Of a DNA stretch of 64,000 nucleotides, positions 1-13,500 are shown in pieces. Positions within the stretch are counted from its first letter, which is position 1. Each line of letters begins with the position of its first letter. The DNA is taken from NCBI RefSeq assembly GCF_018977255.1, contig NW_024704752.1, forward strand, positions 682,001-746,000. The letters run 5' to 3'. This DNA comes from Callorhinchus milii. Taxonomy: Eukaryota. A program made the translations under genes and the position numbers. The notes beneath the pieces are model-generated. The model searched no databases and was not told where the DNA came from. It worked only from the letters and a program-made list of their open reading frames with translations.

Positions 1-381
1 GCTGAAGTGGGCATGAAAGATTTGCTGGGATTTTTGTAAAAGAGAAATGCTTTCAGACCTTCTTTACGTCACAGGCGCTATCACAAATACTAGGTTTATT
101 ATTGTTCTTTTTGCCACATGGGCTATGTCAAATGCCAGATTAATTATTATTATTATTATTGTTGAATGCATTTGGTCCAATGAAAAGTAACATTACTTAC
201 ATTTACAACAGCCCCTTTCACCTCGAGAGGACGTCTCAAAGTGATTCACTAGGTTTTCTGTGAAGTGTAGTGATTGTGGTCTCACAGGCCCATTGTTTTT
301 AGAAAGCACCTTATTGAAGCTGACATACAATATACTGGACTCTGATATACCTGTAACATTAATGGTGGATTTCTCTTTCAG

Positions 382-3300
382 TTTCAATTTTAGAGCCTTC
401 CGTCTGGTCAATACGATGATGTTTGCAATAGAGGAAATAAACCAGAACCCGGCACTGCTTCCTGATATTACTCTGGGATATAAGATTTATGATGATTGCG
501 GATCTTCCAATATTGCCACTAAAGTAGCACTGAGCCTTGTGAACGGTCAAGGAGCAACAGAGGATGACCATAACTGTGAAGGACCTCCTAATGTCCCAGC
601 TGTTGTTGGTGTTGCTGGATCCTCGGAGTCCATAGCTGTTGCAAGGTCAATTGGTCCATTCAGAATCCCAATGGTACGTTATCACATTCATATTGGTGCA
701 AAGTCAGTTACCCTCCGAATAGAAAATAAATATTTAACATTTCACAAACATTTAAATCTAAAACCAATACAAATATTGTGGATTAAATAAATAAATTATG
801 TATTCACCTCTGTTTTCTTTTATTTAATTGTAGCAAAAATAGAAATTGTTCTATTCTTCTTCAATTACTTACACATAGTTTGGTCTCTATCACTCCACCC
901 TTTCTCCAAAAACAATGATGGCATCTTACTTAAGGAAGCCTCGTTGGTGATTAACTATAATGGAATGGTTGAGAATGGAATATTCATCAACAACAACCAC
1001 AACAAAATGACATTTATAGAGCGCCTTTCAGGTCGGGAGGACGTGCCAAAGTGCTGAAGAGTCAGGTGTCGGGGCCCAAGCATGGGGGAGGTGTGGAGTC
1101 GGGGTGAGGGAAGGCAGAGAGGTGGGAGGGAGACCTAAGGCATGGTCAAAGAGCAGGCTCTTGAGACTGGCCTTGAAGGAGGCAAGGGATGGCCTTCAAG
1201 GTGAGGACGAGGATCTTGAACTCGATCCTCTGACGGATGGGGAGAGAGGGTGGGACTGATGGGGTTACAGAGCCTGGTGCGTGAAAGTACATGAGCTTCA
1301 GTGTTTTGGATGATCTGCAGCTTGTGAAGGGAAGTATATGCAAAAAAAAATTTTCTAAATATTCTGATCCTAACTGTTTTCCGTCTAAATCTCTACTCAA
1401 CTGAAGGTCAGTTACTTATCCACATGCGTCTGTCTCAGTGACAGGAACGAATATCCCACCTTTTACAGAACCATACCCAGTGACTACCATCAGTCCAAGG
1501 CTTTAGCTCAAATCATTAAGAAGTTTGGATGGACGTGGATTGGGACTATCAGAAGCAACAATGACTATGGTAACTTTGGAATGCAGGCATTTGTAGACAT
1601 TGCGCAGGAACTTGGCATTTGCATTGCCTTCTCGGAATCATTTTATAGAACAGATCCACTTGAAAAGATAAGCAACATTGTAAATATAATTAAGTTATCG
1701 AACACAAAAGTTGTGGTGGCCTTTGCTGCCCGTACTGAAATGCAATTATTACTCAAAGAAGTAATACGACAAAACCTCACTGGAATACAGTGGGTGGGAA
1801 CTGAAGCCTGGATAACAGCCCAACTTATTGCCCCAAATGAAAGTGCGAGATTTCTTATTGGAGCAATTGGCCCAGCGATTCCTTCAGCAGAAGTAAAGGG
1901 ATTGCAGGAATTCCTTCTGAAAATTCATCCGTCTAAGTTTCCCGGAAATAGTTTAGTTAAGGAGTTTTGGGAAACTGCGTTCCAATGTAGTTTCTGGTCA
2001 GGAAACACAAGCCAAACAAACACAATATCCACATTGCAGCAATGCACCGGCAAAGAAGATGTAACAGAAATACACAATGGATATTCTGATGTAACTATGG
2101 ATGGAATTTCCTACAACGTATACAAAGCGGTGTACGCTTTAGCTCATGCACTTCACAATCTGCTTTTGTGTGAGAGAGGAAAAGGACCATTTATGAACAA
2201 CACCTGTGCACACTCATCAAATTTTCAGCCATGGCAGGTAAGGAAACATTCGTACATAAAACATATCTGTATTGGTAACCAATGCTCTGTGTATTTTTTG
2301 AATTGTGTCAACCTACTGACGATTGTTGTTACTAACCATCTCATATAATAAACATTATCGTTCATGTAATGTGACGTTATGATTCCTCAATGCTGCCTTA
2401 CATTTGATCATATTCTTTGATATCGTTGGACAGATTCTCCATTACCTACAGTCAGTAAATTTTACATCTAAATCCGGTGACAGAATTTATTTTGATGAAA
2501 ACGGTGACCCCGTGGCCAAGTATGACTTGATAAACTGGCAAAAGAATTTGAAAGGCGTTGCTGAAACTCGTGTAATTGGCTTCTACGATGGTTCCGCATC
2601 TCCAAGCCGGGAGCTTACGGTGAATGAGGAGGCTATCGTGTGGAGCAATGGTCAAACTGAGGTGTTTATCTGTCTGCTTTAGAAAAAAAACAATTACCAT
2701 GAAGGAGAATGTCAAGCAATACTTTAGTAGGAAGTCGGTAGTTAATCGATTGTTGGGTCACTCGTCTGGGGGTAATAATTATTTCAAAAAAAAGTAATAA
2801 TAATTTGGCCACTCAATCCACGACTGTTCGGAGGGCTCTGCTCAATTGGCTGTCGCATTTTGCCCAGAGAATATACAGTTAATTCACTTTGCAGTGTAAC
2901 CTATGAAGCACTTTGAGACGTCTCGAAGACGTGATAAGGCGCTGTATGAAACGCAAGGATTATTTTAAGAACATAAGAAATAGTAGCAGGAGTAGGCCAT
3001 TCGGCCCCTCGAGCCTGCCCCGCCATTTAATAAGATCACGGCTGATAACCTAATTCGATTTACCCGCCCTATCCACATATCCCTTAATCCCTTTAGTTTA
3101 AAAAATATATAATCTGATTCTTGAATATCTAATTTTATGATCATAAACATTGAAACAAATTGTATTTGTATCGTTCCCTTCACATACGATAGCGACTTTG
3201 ATTGCTTTACAGTGGAAGCCCTGAGTTGGGGGAATGAGAGAGTGGGAAGGTTACTGTCGGTGTGGTAGGTTCTGACATTCAAATTGAAGACCGAGCGATA

Positions 3301-4617
3301 GAATGCATCTGAGGTACGGAGGGAGAGTTTCAGAGTTCAGGTGTAGAATTAAACAGCTTTGGGACAACACTTATTTCAAATCAGTTCATTTGTGATGTTT
3401 TGAAAAAACTTGCATTGACTAAAACCATTACTGATTAGTTCATCTGCATCATTTTATTTGATAAGTTTTATTTTTATTCTGAGATCCCACGTGCGGTTTG
3501 CAGCGAGAGCTGTATTCCTGGAACAAGAAAAGTTGCCAGAAAAGGCCAACCCGTGTGTTGCTTTGACTGTACAGAATGTGCTGAGGGAGAAATCAGCAAC
3601 ATCACAGGTGAGTGTAAAATTCCTCTTCCTATTTAACGCTTCTCTTTCAAAAACTCCCTTTAGTAATATTCATGCCATACTTACTGAATTATCGTACCTT
3701 TCCCAGATTCCACAGACTGCATTAAATGCCCTGAACAATATTGGCCCAATCAGCAGAGAGATCGTTGCCTACCAAAGGAAATAGAGTTCCTCTCCTTTAC
3801 CGAAATGCTGGGAGGTGTATTGCTGACATTGGCTCTGGTGGGAGTGAGCACCACAATAAGTATTGCCATTGTCTTCTTCACACACAGAGACACTCCTATT
3901 GTTAAAGCCAACAATTCTGAGCTCAGCTATCTGCTTCTCTTTGCATTAACGCTGTGTTTTCTGTGCTCAGTGACTTTCATTGGCGAGCCCTCAGTCTGGG
4001 CTTGCATGTTGTGCCACACAGCATTCGCTATCGCTTTCGTTCTCTGTATTTCCTGTATTTTGATTAAAACAATCCTTGTGATTCTGGCGTTTAAGGCAAC
4101 TCTTCCAAACAACAACATGGCCAAATTGTTCGGGCCTGCTCAGCAGCGTTGGAGTGTACTCCTCCTTACCTCTGTTCAGTGCCTGATATGTACTCTCTGG
4201 TTAACTATATCACACCCATTTCCCATGAGAAACACAGAATATTACAGAGAGATTATCATTCTGGAATGTGACCTGGGCTCTGTGAGCGCCTTTTATTCTA
4301 TGGCGGGATATATTGCTTTCCTGGCCGGAGTGAGCTTTGTGCTGGCGTTTCTAGCTCGGAAATTACCTGATAACTTTAATGAGGCTCAATGTATAACCTT
4401 TAGCATGCTCATCTTTTGTGCTGTTTGGATCACTTTTATACCAGTTTACATCAGCTCTCCTGGGAAATACACCGTTGCCGTCGAAGTCTTTGCTATTTTA
4501 GCCTCGAGTTTCGGGTTATTGTTTTGTATTTTTGTTCCTAAATGTTACATTATTTTGATAAAACCTGAAATGAATACTAAAAAACACTTGATGGGCAAAG
4601 TACCTGCAAATAAATAA
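382..4617 (+). CDS. V2R/OlfC-type class C GPCR, type A, copy A1 (5'-partial; exon 1 lies before the window)
   Basis: Exons 382-673, 1407-2237, 2434-2661, 3484-3607, 3707-4617, all with AG/GT boundaries and the same lengths as the paralogs (292/831/228/124/911). Motifs include [37 protein letters not shown], the nine-Cys domain (PRAVCSESC...CCFDC), and 7TM motifs TPIVKANN and [15 protein letters not shown]. Confidence 0.93.
988..1240 (-). mobile_element. L2-clade LINE 3' fragment in A1 intron 2
   Basis: Minus strand encodes [14 protein letters not shown] and has a (ttg)n tail. Absent from the same intron of A3 and A6. Confidence 0.7.
2725..2965 (+). mobile_element. DeuSINE-like SINE body and tail fragment
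   Basis: caattggctg..cattttgccc core and tail ctttgagacgtctcgaagacgtgataaggcgctgtat..caaggattatt, shared with other copies in the window. Confidence 0.6.
2967..3130 (-). mobile_element. CR1 LINE 3'-end fragment
   Basis: aagaacataagaaatagtagcaggagtaggccattcggcccctcgagcc matches the 3' terminus of the CR1 copy at 17130. Confidence 0.7.
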
Positions 4618-5469
4618 GCACTGCCCATTACAGGTGTATGATCGTGTGCAGCAGAATGTAAACATATAATGTCTTCATTAAATGCAAAATGAAAATAACC
4701 ATGTAAATTCTTTCATATATATACACTCGTATACGGTATTGTTCATGGTAGGATTTCCAACATAATAAAATAACTGGAGTTTGATCACACGACATTTAAT
4801 GTTACATTCGAGCCAACGCTTTGAGGTGAGACACCGACAGATATACAACTTGTGCGATATGCGCACATTGGCAGGATGCTCCTCAATGACAGAGCAAATG
4901 TCCACGTGTGCATTACATACCAGTGTGTGTGTGCATTGTATACACCGTGTTAGACAGCATTGCCTTCCCCGTTTGGTATCCGGAGACCACTCACATATGT
5001 TCACACCGTTTGGAGACACAATTATATTCCATGTATAGCGTCTCCCAATTAAACCCGAAAAATGGAAGCAATAGCCACAATGCAATGCATAACAACGACC
5101 CTTGTGGAGCGATGAGATTTTGCTGCTCCATTGTGGGAGTCGGTGGGGGGGGGGGTACCCGGGGTCCCCACCTCACGGTCCCAGTACCTTTATCCACAAG
5201 GCAAGTCACGCTCAATCTCTTTGGTGCACATGTGGAAACCCATCACCATCCTGAACAGCATCCAAACCAAACTGAGATTGGTATATATCCACCTACACTG
5301 GAAATACTAGAGAAAAGATTGTTGGAATGCAATGAGCGCTCTCTGTCTGGGGGGAAGCATCCGCTGACCTTGCTTACAGATGCAATTTGGCCAGAGCCAA
5401 GGCTTGGGGACACCAGAGTGCACGTTGCGGTAACTGCTGGTTTCTAACCAGTTAAAACCACATAGCTTG

Positions 5470-6655
5470 CCATTGGTATCGCTGTCTGCCACCCCCCTGC
5501 ACCATTCAAATTTCTCCACCTTCTACACCCCACACTCCGCTACTCATGTATCAGTCCTTCTCACTCACTGCCATCCTTGCCTTATATCTCTCCTATATCC
5601 CATCACTGCCTCCCTCTGCTCCAGTTTGGGCATCCTGTGTGAGGCCCATCATGGTTCTCGGCAATATTTGTCACAAAGCAGCCACCCCAACTACCCCATT
5701 GCCCATTCTCCATCCATCACCTTCCTCGCGCATCTGCCTCAACTGTATCCATCCTCACTTCTAATGCCAAGTACGAAGAAGTCCACACCCTCTTTCTACC
5801 ACGGACATTACCGGTCCCCCCTCCCTACACTCTTTTGTCCCAAGTACTTACACTTCCCTCTTCAAAAATCCCACCCTTGACCCCTCCAACTTCGTAAATT
5901 ACTATTTCCAATCTGCCCTTCCTTTCCAAAGCTCCTAAATAATTTGTTGCTAACCAGCTTTGCTCTCACCTCTGCCTCCATTCCCTCTTTGAGCCACTCC
6001 GGCCTGCATTCCACCCTCCTAATAGCACAGAGGACGCACTTGTCAAAGTCAATAACGACAAACTCTGTCTCTGTGATCAGGGATCCCTCTGCCTCCTCGT
6101 CCCTTTGGACATCTACGCAGTAATCGATACAGTTGACCACTCCATCATCATCCACTGCCTCTCCTCCTTCATCCACCTCAGAGGGATTGCTCTAGTCTGG
6201 TTCGAGCCCTATAAATGTACTTCTCCTCTTCCAGCTGAGACTCCAGATCTGCCGATGTTCTCTCGACTTGTCTGGCAGGGCCTGGGTGAGCTAAAACTTC
6301 CTACAACTAAATGTTGACAAGATGGAAGCCGTACTCATTGGCTCCCATCAACATATTCTATCCTGCGACTCTAACCTGATTAACCTTCCTGGTCTTTCCA
6401 CTAAACTTACCGAAATAGTGCGCAACCAAGGCGTCAGGTTTGACACACAGCCATCCTTTCTTCCCCAACTCTGGTCCCGGACCAGGACCAACTTCCTCCA
6501 TCTCCACCACATTGCCCACCTCTAACCATACCTTACCCAAGACGCAGCCGAAACATTCATCCATCATTCGTCACCTCCAGACTGGACTTCTAAAATGTCC
6601 TCTTTGTGGCCTACATACTCACCTGCACTAAACCCCATACCCCCATTACACCAGG
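5470..6655 (+). mobile_element. Degenerate L2-clade LINE
   Basis: RT-like remnants (DTVDHSIIIHCLSS..LRGIALVWF; RNQGVRFD), pyrimidine-rich, many frameshifts. Confidence 0.65.
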
Positions 6656-6669
6656 TAGCGAATTGTACA

Positions 6670-6905
6670 CACCAGTGTCCCACAAACCGTTGCGGATTGA
6701 AGTGATCAATTATTTTTTGAAGGAAATATTACCCCCAGAAAAGTGATTTGCCAATCCACTAACAACCAGGTTCCGACTTACTGCGAGGCAAATGGAGGCG
6801 TGTGGAGTAAGGAAACTTGCCTGACATTTTGCCCTGTCGAGAATCCAACCCAGGTCTCTCGTTTGTGAGGCGAGTACTCTAACCACTGAGCTACAGGACT
6901 CCACA
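6670..6905 (-). mobile_element. tRNA-derived SINE (DeuSINE-like), head and body
   Basis: Reverse complement begins ggagtcctgtagctcagtggttagagtactcgcc (A box) followed by a B-box-like segment and the shared gtttgtgggacactg core. Confidence 0.7.
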
Positions 6906-7329
6906 TAACAAAGGATAGTATTACTTAAGGTTTGCTACTGTCAGATGAGATTCAATATGCTTTGTGCGAAAAAAGCCAAACTTCTGATCCAATTTCTACC
7001 AGTTCACATTTCATTGGCACAACTGACATCACATTCTTATTAATTATTTATTTTTCTAATTACTAATGTGTATTTTGTGTGTATTATCTTTAGTCTGTAC
7101 ATTATGTATATATATAGTTAAGGCAAACAAATGAAAAGAATGGAAATTTTTAACACGGTACCGAAAATACATAAGCCACTGGCCAGCGCCTTGGGACCTC
7201 CTCCTGACGTGAAAAGGTCTAACAAATGTTTTTGCTGTTGTTAATCAGAAGATTCCTGTGTTAAAAGAAAAATAGCGCCGGTAACATTGATCAATTTGCC
7301 TGTAGTTATTTGAAAGACATAAACAAGTC

Positions 7330-7548
7330 CATGTGGTCTCCAGCGTCCTGTTTCCATTTCCAAGGTGAGGAGATTCTTATCCATTGGGATTATCACGATG
7401 TACCTATGGTTTGCATTGTTAAATCTGTTTGAATGAGTAAATTGACCCACAAATCATTGCAAAGAGAATGTACTATATATATCTGCACAATTAACAGCCA
7501 GGATTCAAATAGAGAGACAATCAGCACCTGTTTCTGAAACGTATTACA
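7330..7548 (+). promoter_or_regulatory. Putative proximal promoter of B2 (O/E-like site and TATA)
   Basis: TCCATTGGGA at 7380-7389 and tactatatata at ~7471. The block is near-identical upstream of psiB4 and B7. Confidence 0.55.
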
Positions 7549-10500
7549 ATGTACCGTCTATTTTTGTGCTTACTCTTTGCTAGTTCTATGTGGGAATCAA
7601 ATGAAGACACCTGCAAACTACAAGGAAAGTTTAATTTACCCCAAATATCGAAAGATGGCGATATCGTTCTAGGGGGGATTTTTAGTCTACACTCTGGTCG
7701 ATTAATTCAAATTAATTCTTTTTTTACTGCACCCGAAGAAACAAAATGCAGAAGGTGAGCTCTGTAATATGATGGAACATGGTCTGTTTTTCTACTGTTT
7801 GTAGAGCAATCACTCCCAGGTCCCTCACGATGGGATTTCGATAACTAAATTGTGATCACAAAATATTTCGACAAGTTAATTATTTCATGTAACGACATCA
7901 GTGGCTGGAGAAGGTAATTGCGCATATATATTATCAAATATTGTAATTTCCACTAAGTGCTCATAAAATACCTCACCCTATTTTCGGTTTCCTTTCTTTG
8001 CATCAATGTGCTGTCCTGTCAACCTAGTTTCATTATGATAATCCTTATCTTTGCTACAGTGCATTTCACGTTGGTTACACCCCTCAAAGCTCTTGATATA
8101 GGATATACTATAAACTATTGCGATGGTGTTTTGTGGGCAAAGTTTGTTTACAACAATGTCTCACAAACAGCCATGAAGTGAATGATCAATTTTATCGGTG
8201 GATTGTTGGCCAAGACACTGAAATAAACTCTTCCCTTTCAGAAGTACTCTTAATCTTGAGCCAGATGATTCAAGCCCTATGTTGTGACTCTGAAGTTATG
8301 AAATTCTAAGATCATACAATGATCTTTGTATTTGAAAAAGCAGCGTTCTCAATATGAAATACCAATGCAGTGGTGAGGGATGATAATCCCTCAAGAAAGA
8401 AAACAATAATAAACAGGTAATTTCAATCTACAACTGTGGGACACTGCTGTGCACAATCAGCTGCTGCATTTCGCCCATAAAATTACGGTCAATTCACTTT
8501 ACAGTATATTCTGTGAAGCTTTTTGAGACGTCTAGAAGACGTGAAAATGCAAGTATATCAATTGCAAGTATTATTATTATTATTATTATTAATGCTGGAG
8601 AAGCCCTATTGTCGGAGATTGTGTCCTTCTGAAGAGACCTTAAACTGATGTCACACCAGCCTTTTCAGGTGAATGTTGAAGATTTCATAGCACTATTTGA
8701 AAAGAGAAGGGAGTTTATTCTATTGATACAGAAAATCACTTCACGGCTGTGTGTGGGTCATTGCTGTGTGCTCTGAGCGCTCTGAGACACTACGCTGCGT
8801 GGAGGACACTATATAAGTGCTCGTTGTTATTGTTGTGTAAGTTGGCTGCTGGGTTAGTCAACTAATAAAATCACAATTTTCCTTCGTAAAAGTCCAGTGT
8901 AGTTTCGAATTACTTTCCAATTTTCAGATATCAATAGTGGGAAGGTCTTAGAGCCATTGGTGTATCTGAGTAACTACAACTCTACAGCAGGGACATCAAC
9001 ATAAGATAGCCACCAATAAATCAAATAGGGAAGTCAGAATAAACCTCTTTACCCACAGAGTGGTGGGAATGTGGAACGTTCCCACCAGGAGTAGTTGAGG
9101 TGAATAGGAAAGATGTATCTGAAGGGAAGCTAATTACGTACATGAGGGAGAAAGGAATAGAAGATTCTGCTGATAGGCTTATTGACGAAGGGCAGGAAGA
9201 GGATCATGTGGAACATAAATGCCAGTTTAGATGAGTTGGGCTGAATGGCCTGTTTCTGTGGTGTATATTCTATGTAATTCTATGACATTTCATGCTGCTC
9301 ATTTTCAACTCGTTCTATGCTAATTTTGCAGAAGAATTTAACATCAAAATACATTTTACCTTTTTGCAGAGTAGCGACACAGAGCACTTATTTTGAGCGT
9401 AACAGACTGACATTTCTGTCTCCTCTTTATTTCCCATCATTGTACAAAATAGCGATATTGAGCGATTATCTAATTCATCTGTTTATTGCCCAGTTTTGAT
9501 TTCAGAGTCTTTCGCCTTGTGAACACAATGATTTTTGCAATTGAGGAAATAAACGAGAACAGTGCGATACTCCCGAATGTTACACTGGGCTATACCATTT
9601 ATGATGACTGTGGGTCTCCCACCATTACTACTAAGGTAGCTCTGGGTCTCATGAATGGTCAAAAGGAAGAAGAAATAGAGAGCGGCGATGACTGTCAAGA
9701 ATCTCCCAGTATCCCAGCTCTAGTTGGTGCTGACGCATCCTCAGAATCCATGGCAGTGGCAAGATTAATAGCTCCTTTCAGAATTCCAATGGTAAGTTCA
9801 CATAATTAGTTACTGGTTATTACTTGGTAAATTACAATTTAGCAAATTAAAACTAAATCCTATACAAACAATAAAATTAGAACAAATTTGCACATAGAAA
9901 TTATAGTAACAAATGTTAGTGCATTCAATGTTTTAGTTCTGCAAAATAAACCAAACAAATCTGTTCTACGAACGTTCATTAATACACAATGTGTGGGGGG
10001 GATTTTACTAAATTTATGATGGATCCCTCCTTTAAGCCAACAATAACAACAACAAAAATACACAGCACTTTGCATTTACATAGCGCATTTCATGTTAGTA
10101 GAACTTCCCGACGCGCATTCGAGTTGGGGATTGGAGTCAAAGGGGATGGAGGGCAAGTAGGGGTGGTGTGTGGAGCTGGGAGGATGACCGAAGATATGGT
10201 CAAAGAGGAAGATCTTTAGATGGGCCTTGATGGAGCCGAAGAATGGAGCAAAATGGAGGAGCTCCAGAACATGCAGTTAGAAAGGCGGATTCAAGAATGC
10301 TCAAGCTTGTATATTTGTTGGCAATGGTTCAAGGTACTTAGATTACGAAAGTTATATTCTGATTCATGATCTGCCTTCACTTATTTTGTCGACTGCAGGT
10401 CAGCTACTTTTCCACATGTGCTTGCCTCAGTGATAGGAAAGAATATCCCACGTTTTACAGAACTATACCCAGTGACTACCATCAGTCCAAGGTTTTAGCT

Positions 10501-13500
10501 CAAATCATTAAGAAGTTTGGATGGACGTGGATTGGGACTATCAGAAGCAACAATGACTATGGTAACTTTGGAATGCAGGCATTTGTAGACATTGCGCAGG
10601 AACTTGGCATTTGCATTGCCTTCTCGGAATCATTTCACAGAGCTGAATCTCTTGAAAAGATAAAAAAAATTGTAAATATAATGAAATCATCTACAACTAA
10701 AGTGATCGTGGCATTTGCACCCCCGGCAGAAATGCAGATATTACTCAAAGAAATTATACGACAAAACGTCACTGGAATTCAGTGGATAGGAACTGAGGCC
10801 TGGATAACAGCACAGATTATTTCTCCCGATGAGAGCGCAAGATTTCTCACTGGGACAATTGGCCTTTCAATTCCTTTGTTTGAAGTAAAAGGATTGCGAG
10901 AATTTCTGCTTAAAATTCATCCTTCTGGGTTTCCCGGAAATAGTTTAGTGAAGGAGTTTTGGGAAACTGCGTTCCAATGTATTTTCTGGTCAGGAAACAC
11001 AAGCCAAATAACTGCAGCATCTACATTGCAACAATGCACCGGCCAAGAAAAACTATCAGCTCTGCACAATGCATATTCTGAGGTATCTATGGATGGAAGC
11101 TCCTACAATGTGTATAAAGCAGTGTACGCTGTGGCTCATGCACTTCACAATATGATCTCGTGTGAGAAAGGAAAGGGACCATTTATAAACAACACCTGTG
11201 CACATGTATCCAATCTTCAACCATGGCAGGTAAGGAAATGTTTAATGTTTATTGCATTCAAATGTTTAGTCAAAGGAGAATAATTTGCATGTTTCACACA
11301 GCATTTAACTTGACCTTCGCCTATCAGAAGATATCACTCAGAAATATGCTTTGAAAAAAGGTCTTCAAAAGTTTGACATTATAACCAATAAACCATGTAT
11401 TTTATATTTTTGCAAAGTTACTTCATTACCTACAGTCAGTGAATTTCACAACGACATCCGGCGACAGCGTTTATTTTGATGAAAATGGAGATCCAGTGGC
11501 CACGTACGACTTGTTAAACTGGGGAATCAATTCGAGAGGCGCTGCTGAAATTCGTGTTATTGGCTTCTACGATGGCTCTGCTTCTCCTGGTCATGAACTC
11601 ACTTTGGATGAGGAGACTATTGAGTGGAGCAGTCGTCAAAAAATGGTATTTTTTTATTAGTTTGGATTAATTGTGGTATTAAAATGAAAATAATTTGAAA
11701 AATATAAAGAAAAGTTAGTAAGAATGGTGAAAGGCAGCCATTGTGTATATCAGAGGTTGAACCTTATAGTATACCTAATGTGTTTATTAAATTATTGTCC
11801 CCAATTTCCAAACCCTACACTAAACAATTAGGGTTTAAGTTTCAAATATAACAGCTGATTAAACCCAAGATTTGTCCAGAGGTTTCCGTTAAGCTTTGAA
11901 CTTCCTGGGCATGAAAAGCAATGGGATTTTTCTCCAACTCATTACCGAGCTCCAGGACCAATTAATGAGGTGGACATGTGTTATCAGCTGCCTGCACAGC
12001 TGTCTCTCCCCACCTGTGAGACGACACTGACTGCGAAGCAGGACCGAGAGGCAGTGGAAGCTTCCTATCAGGCATCTCCTCCCGAGGGCCACTTATATGA
12101 GTGACCTTCATTAAGGAATGTAAGAAGATTTCCAGTTTGTGTCCTTTCAGCACCTGGAGGCAGCAAACCTTGTAATCAATAATGAACAGGTAGAGTTGGG
12201 AGGACAGCTGCTGGGATTCCGGGCTGGTGAGCACATGGTTACATATCAAGGGCATTGTACCAGCTTCACTAGTTTGTGGAGATATTAGTTGCTCCTGAAG
12301 ATGGGCATCTCAAAATGGTGGAACTCCCATTGAATATGGAAGGTGTAAAGGCTGGAGGCTTTTGTAGGTTGTTTGTGATGCTCATCATGCATCACCTGAG
12401 ATGTTTCTGGTACTCGATATCCACTTAGGAATGTGCTCACATCAGATGTTGAATGAAAAACTCCTGGCTTTACAGCATGGAAACAGGTAAATGGAGTATA
12501 CTTGAGTTTGGAGATTGGAGTCACTTGGAGACACATTACTGGTACCTGCAGAACGAGCTAATTTTCCAAACATTTGTTTTAAATACCTCTATGTTTGGAC
12601 GAGATTATTCAAAAAGAACATTTCTCTGCTAAGGTTCCACGTGCGGTTTGCAGCGAGAGCTGTATTCCTGGGACAAGAAAAGTTGCCAGAAAAGGCCAAC
12701 CCGTGTGTTGCTTTGACTGTACAGAATGTGCTGAGGGAGAAATCAGCAACATCACAGGTGAGTGTAAAATTCCTCTTCCTATTTGACTCTTCTCTTTCAA
12801 AAACTCTCTTTAGTAATATTCATGCCATACTTACTGAATTATCGTACCTTTCCCAGATTCCACAGACTGCATTAAATGCCCTGAACAATATTGGCCCAAT
12901 CAGCAGAGAGATCGTTGCCGACCAAAGGAAATAGAGTTCCTCTCCTTTACCGAAATGCTGGGAGGTGTATTGCTGACATTGGCTCTGGTGGGAGTGAGCA
13001 CCACAATAAGTATTGCCATTGTCTTCTTCACACACAGAGACACTCCTATTGTTAAAGCCAACAATTCTGAGCTCAGCTATCTGCTTCTCTTTGCATTAAC
13101 GCTGTGTTTTCTGTGCTCAGTGACTTTCATTGGCGAGCCCTCAGTCTGGGCTTGCATGTTGTGCCACACAGCATTCGCTATCGCTTTCGTTCTCTGTATT
13201 TCCTGTATTTTGATTAAAACAATCCTTGTGATTCTGGCGTTTAAGGCAACTCTTCCAAACAACAACATGGCCAAATTGTTCGGGCCTGCTCAGCAGCGTT
13301 GGAGTGTATTCCTCCTTACCTCTGTTCAGTGCCTGATATGTACTCTCTGGTTAACTATATCACACCCATTTCCCATGAGAAACACAGAATATTACAGAGA
13401 GATTATCATTCTGGAATGTGACCTGGGCTCTGTGAGCGCCTTTTATTCTATGGCGGGATATATTGCTTTCCTGGCCGGAGTGAGCTTTGTGCTGGCGTTT

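Noticed and set aside
3608-3706. In-frame retention of the 99-bp intron 5
   Set aside because: The length is a multiple of three but it contains an in-frame stop (att taa or att tga), and there is no evidence of retention.
3927-4124. 65-aa antisense ORF identical in six places
   Set aside because: It is a by-product of the near-identical exon 6 on the opposite strand, with no independent evidence.
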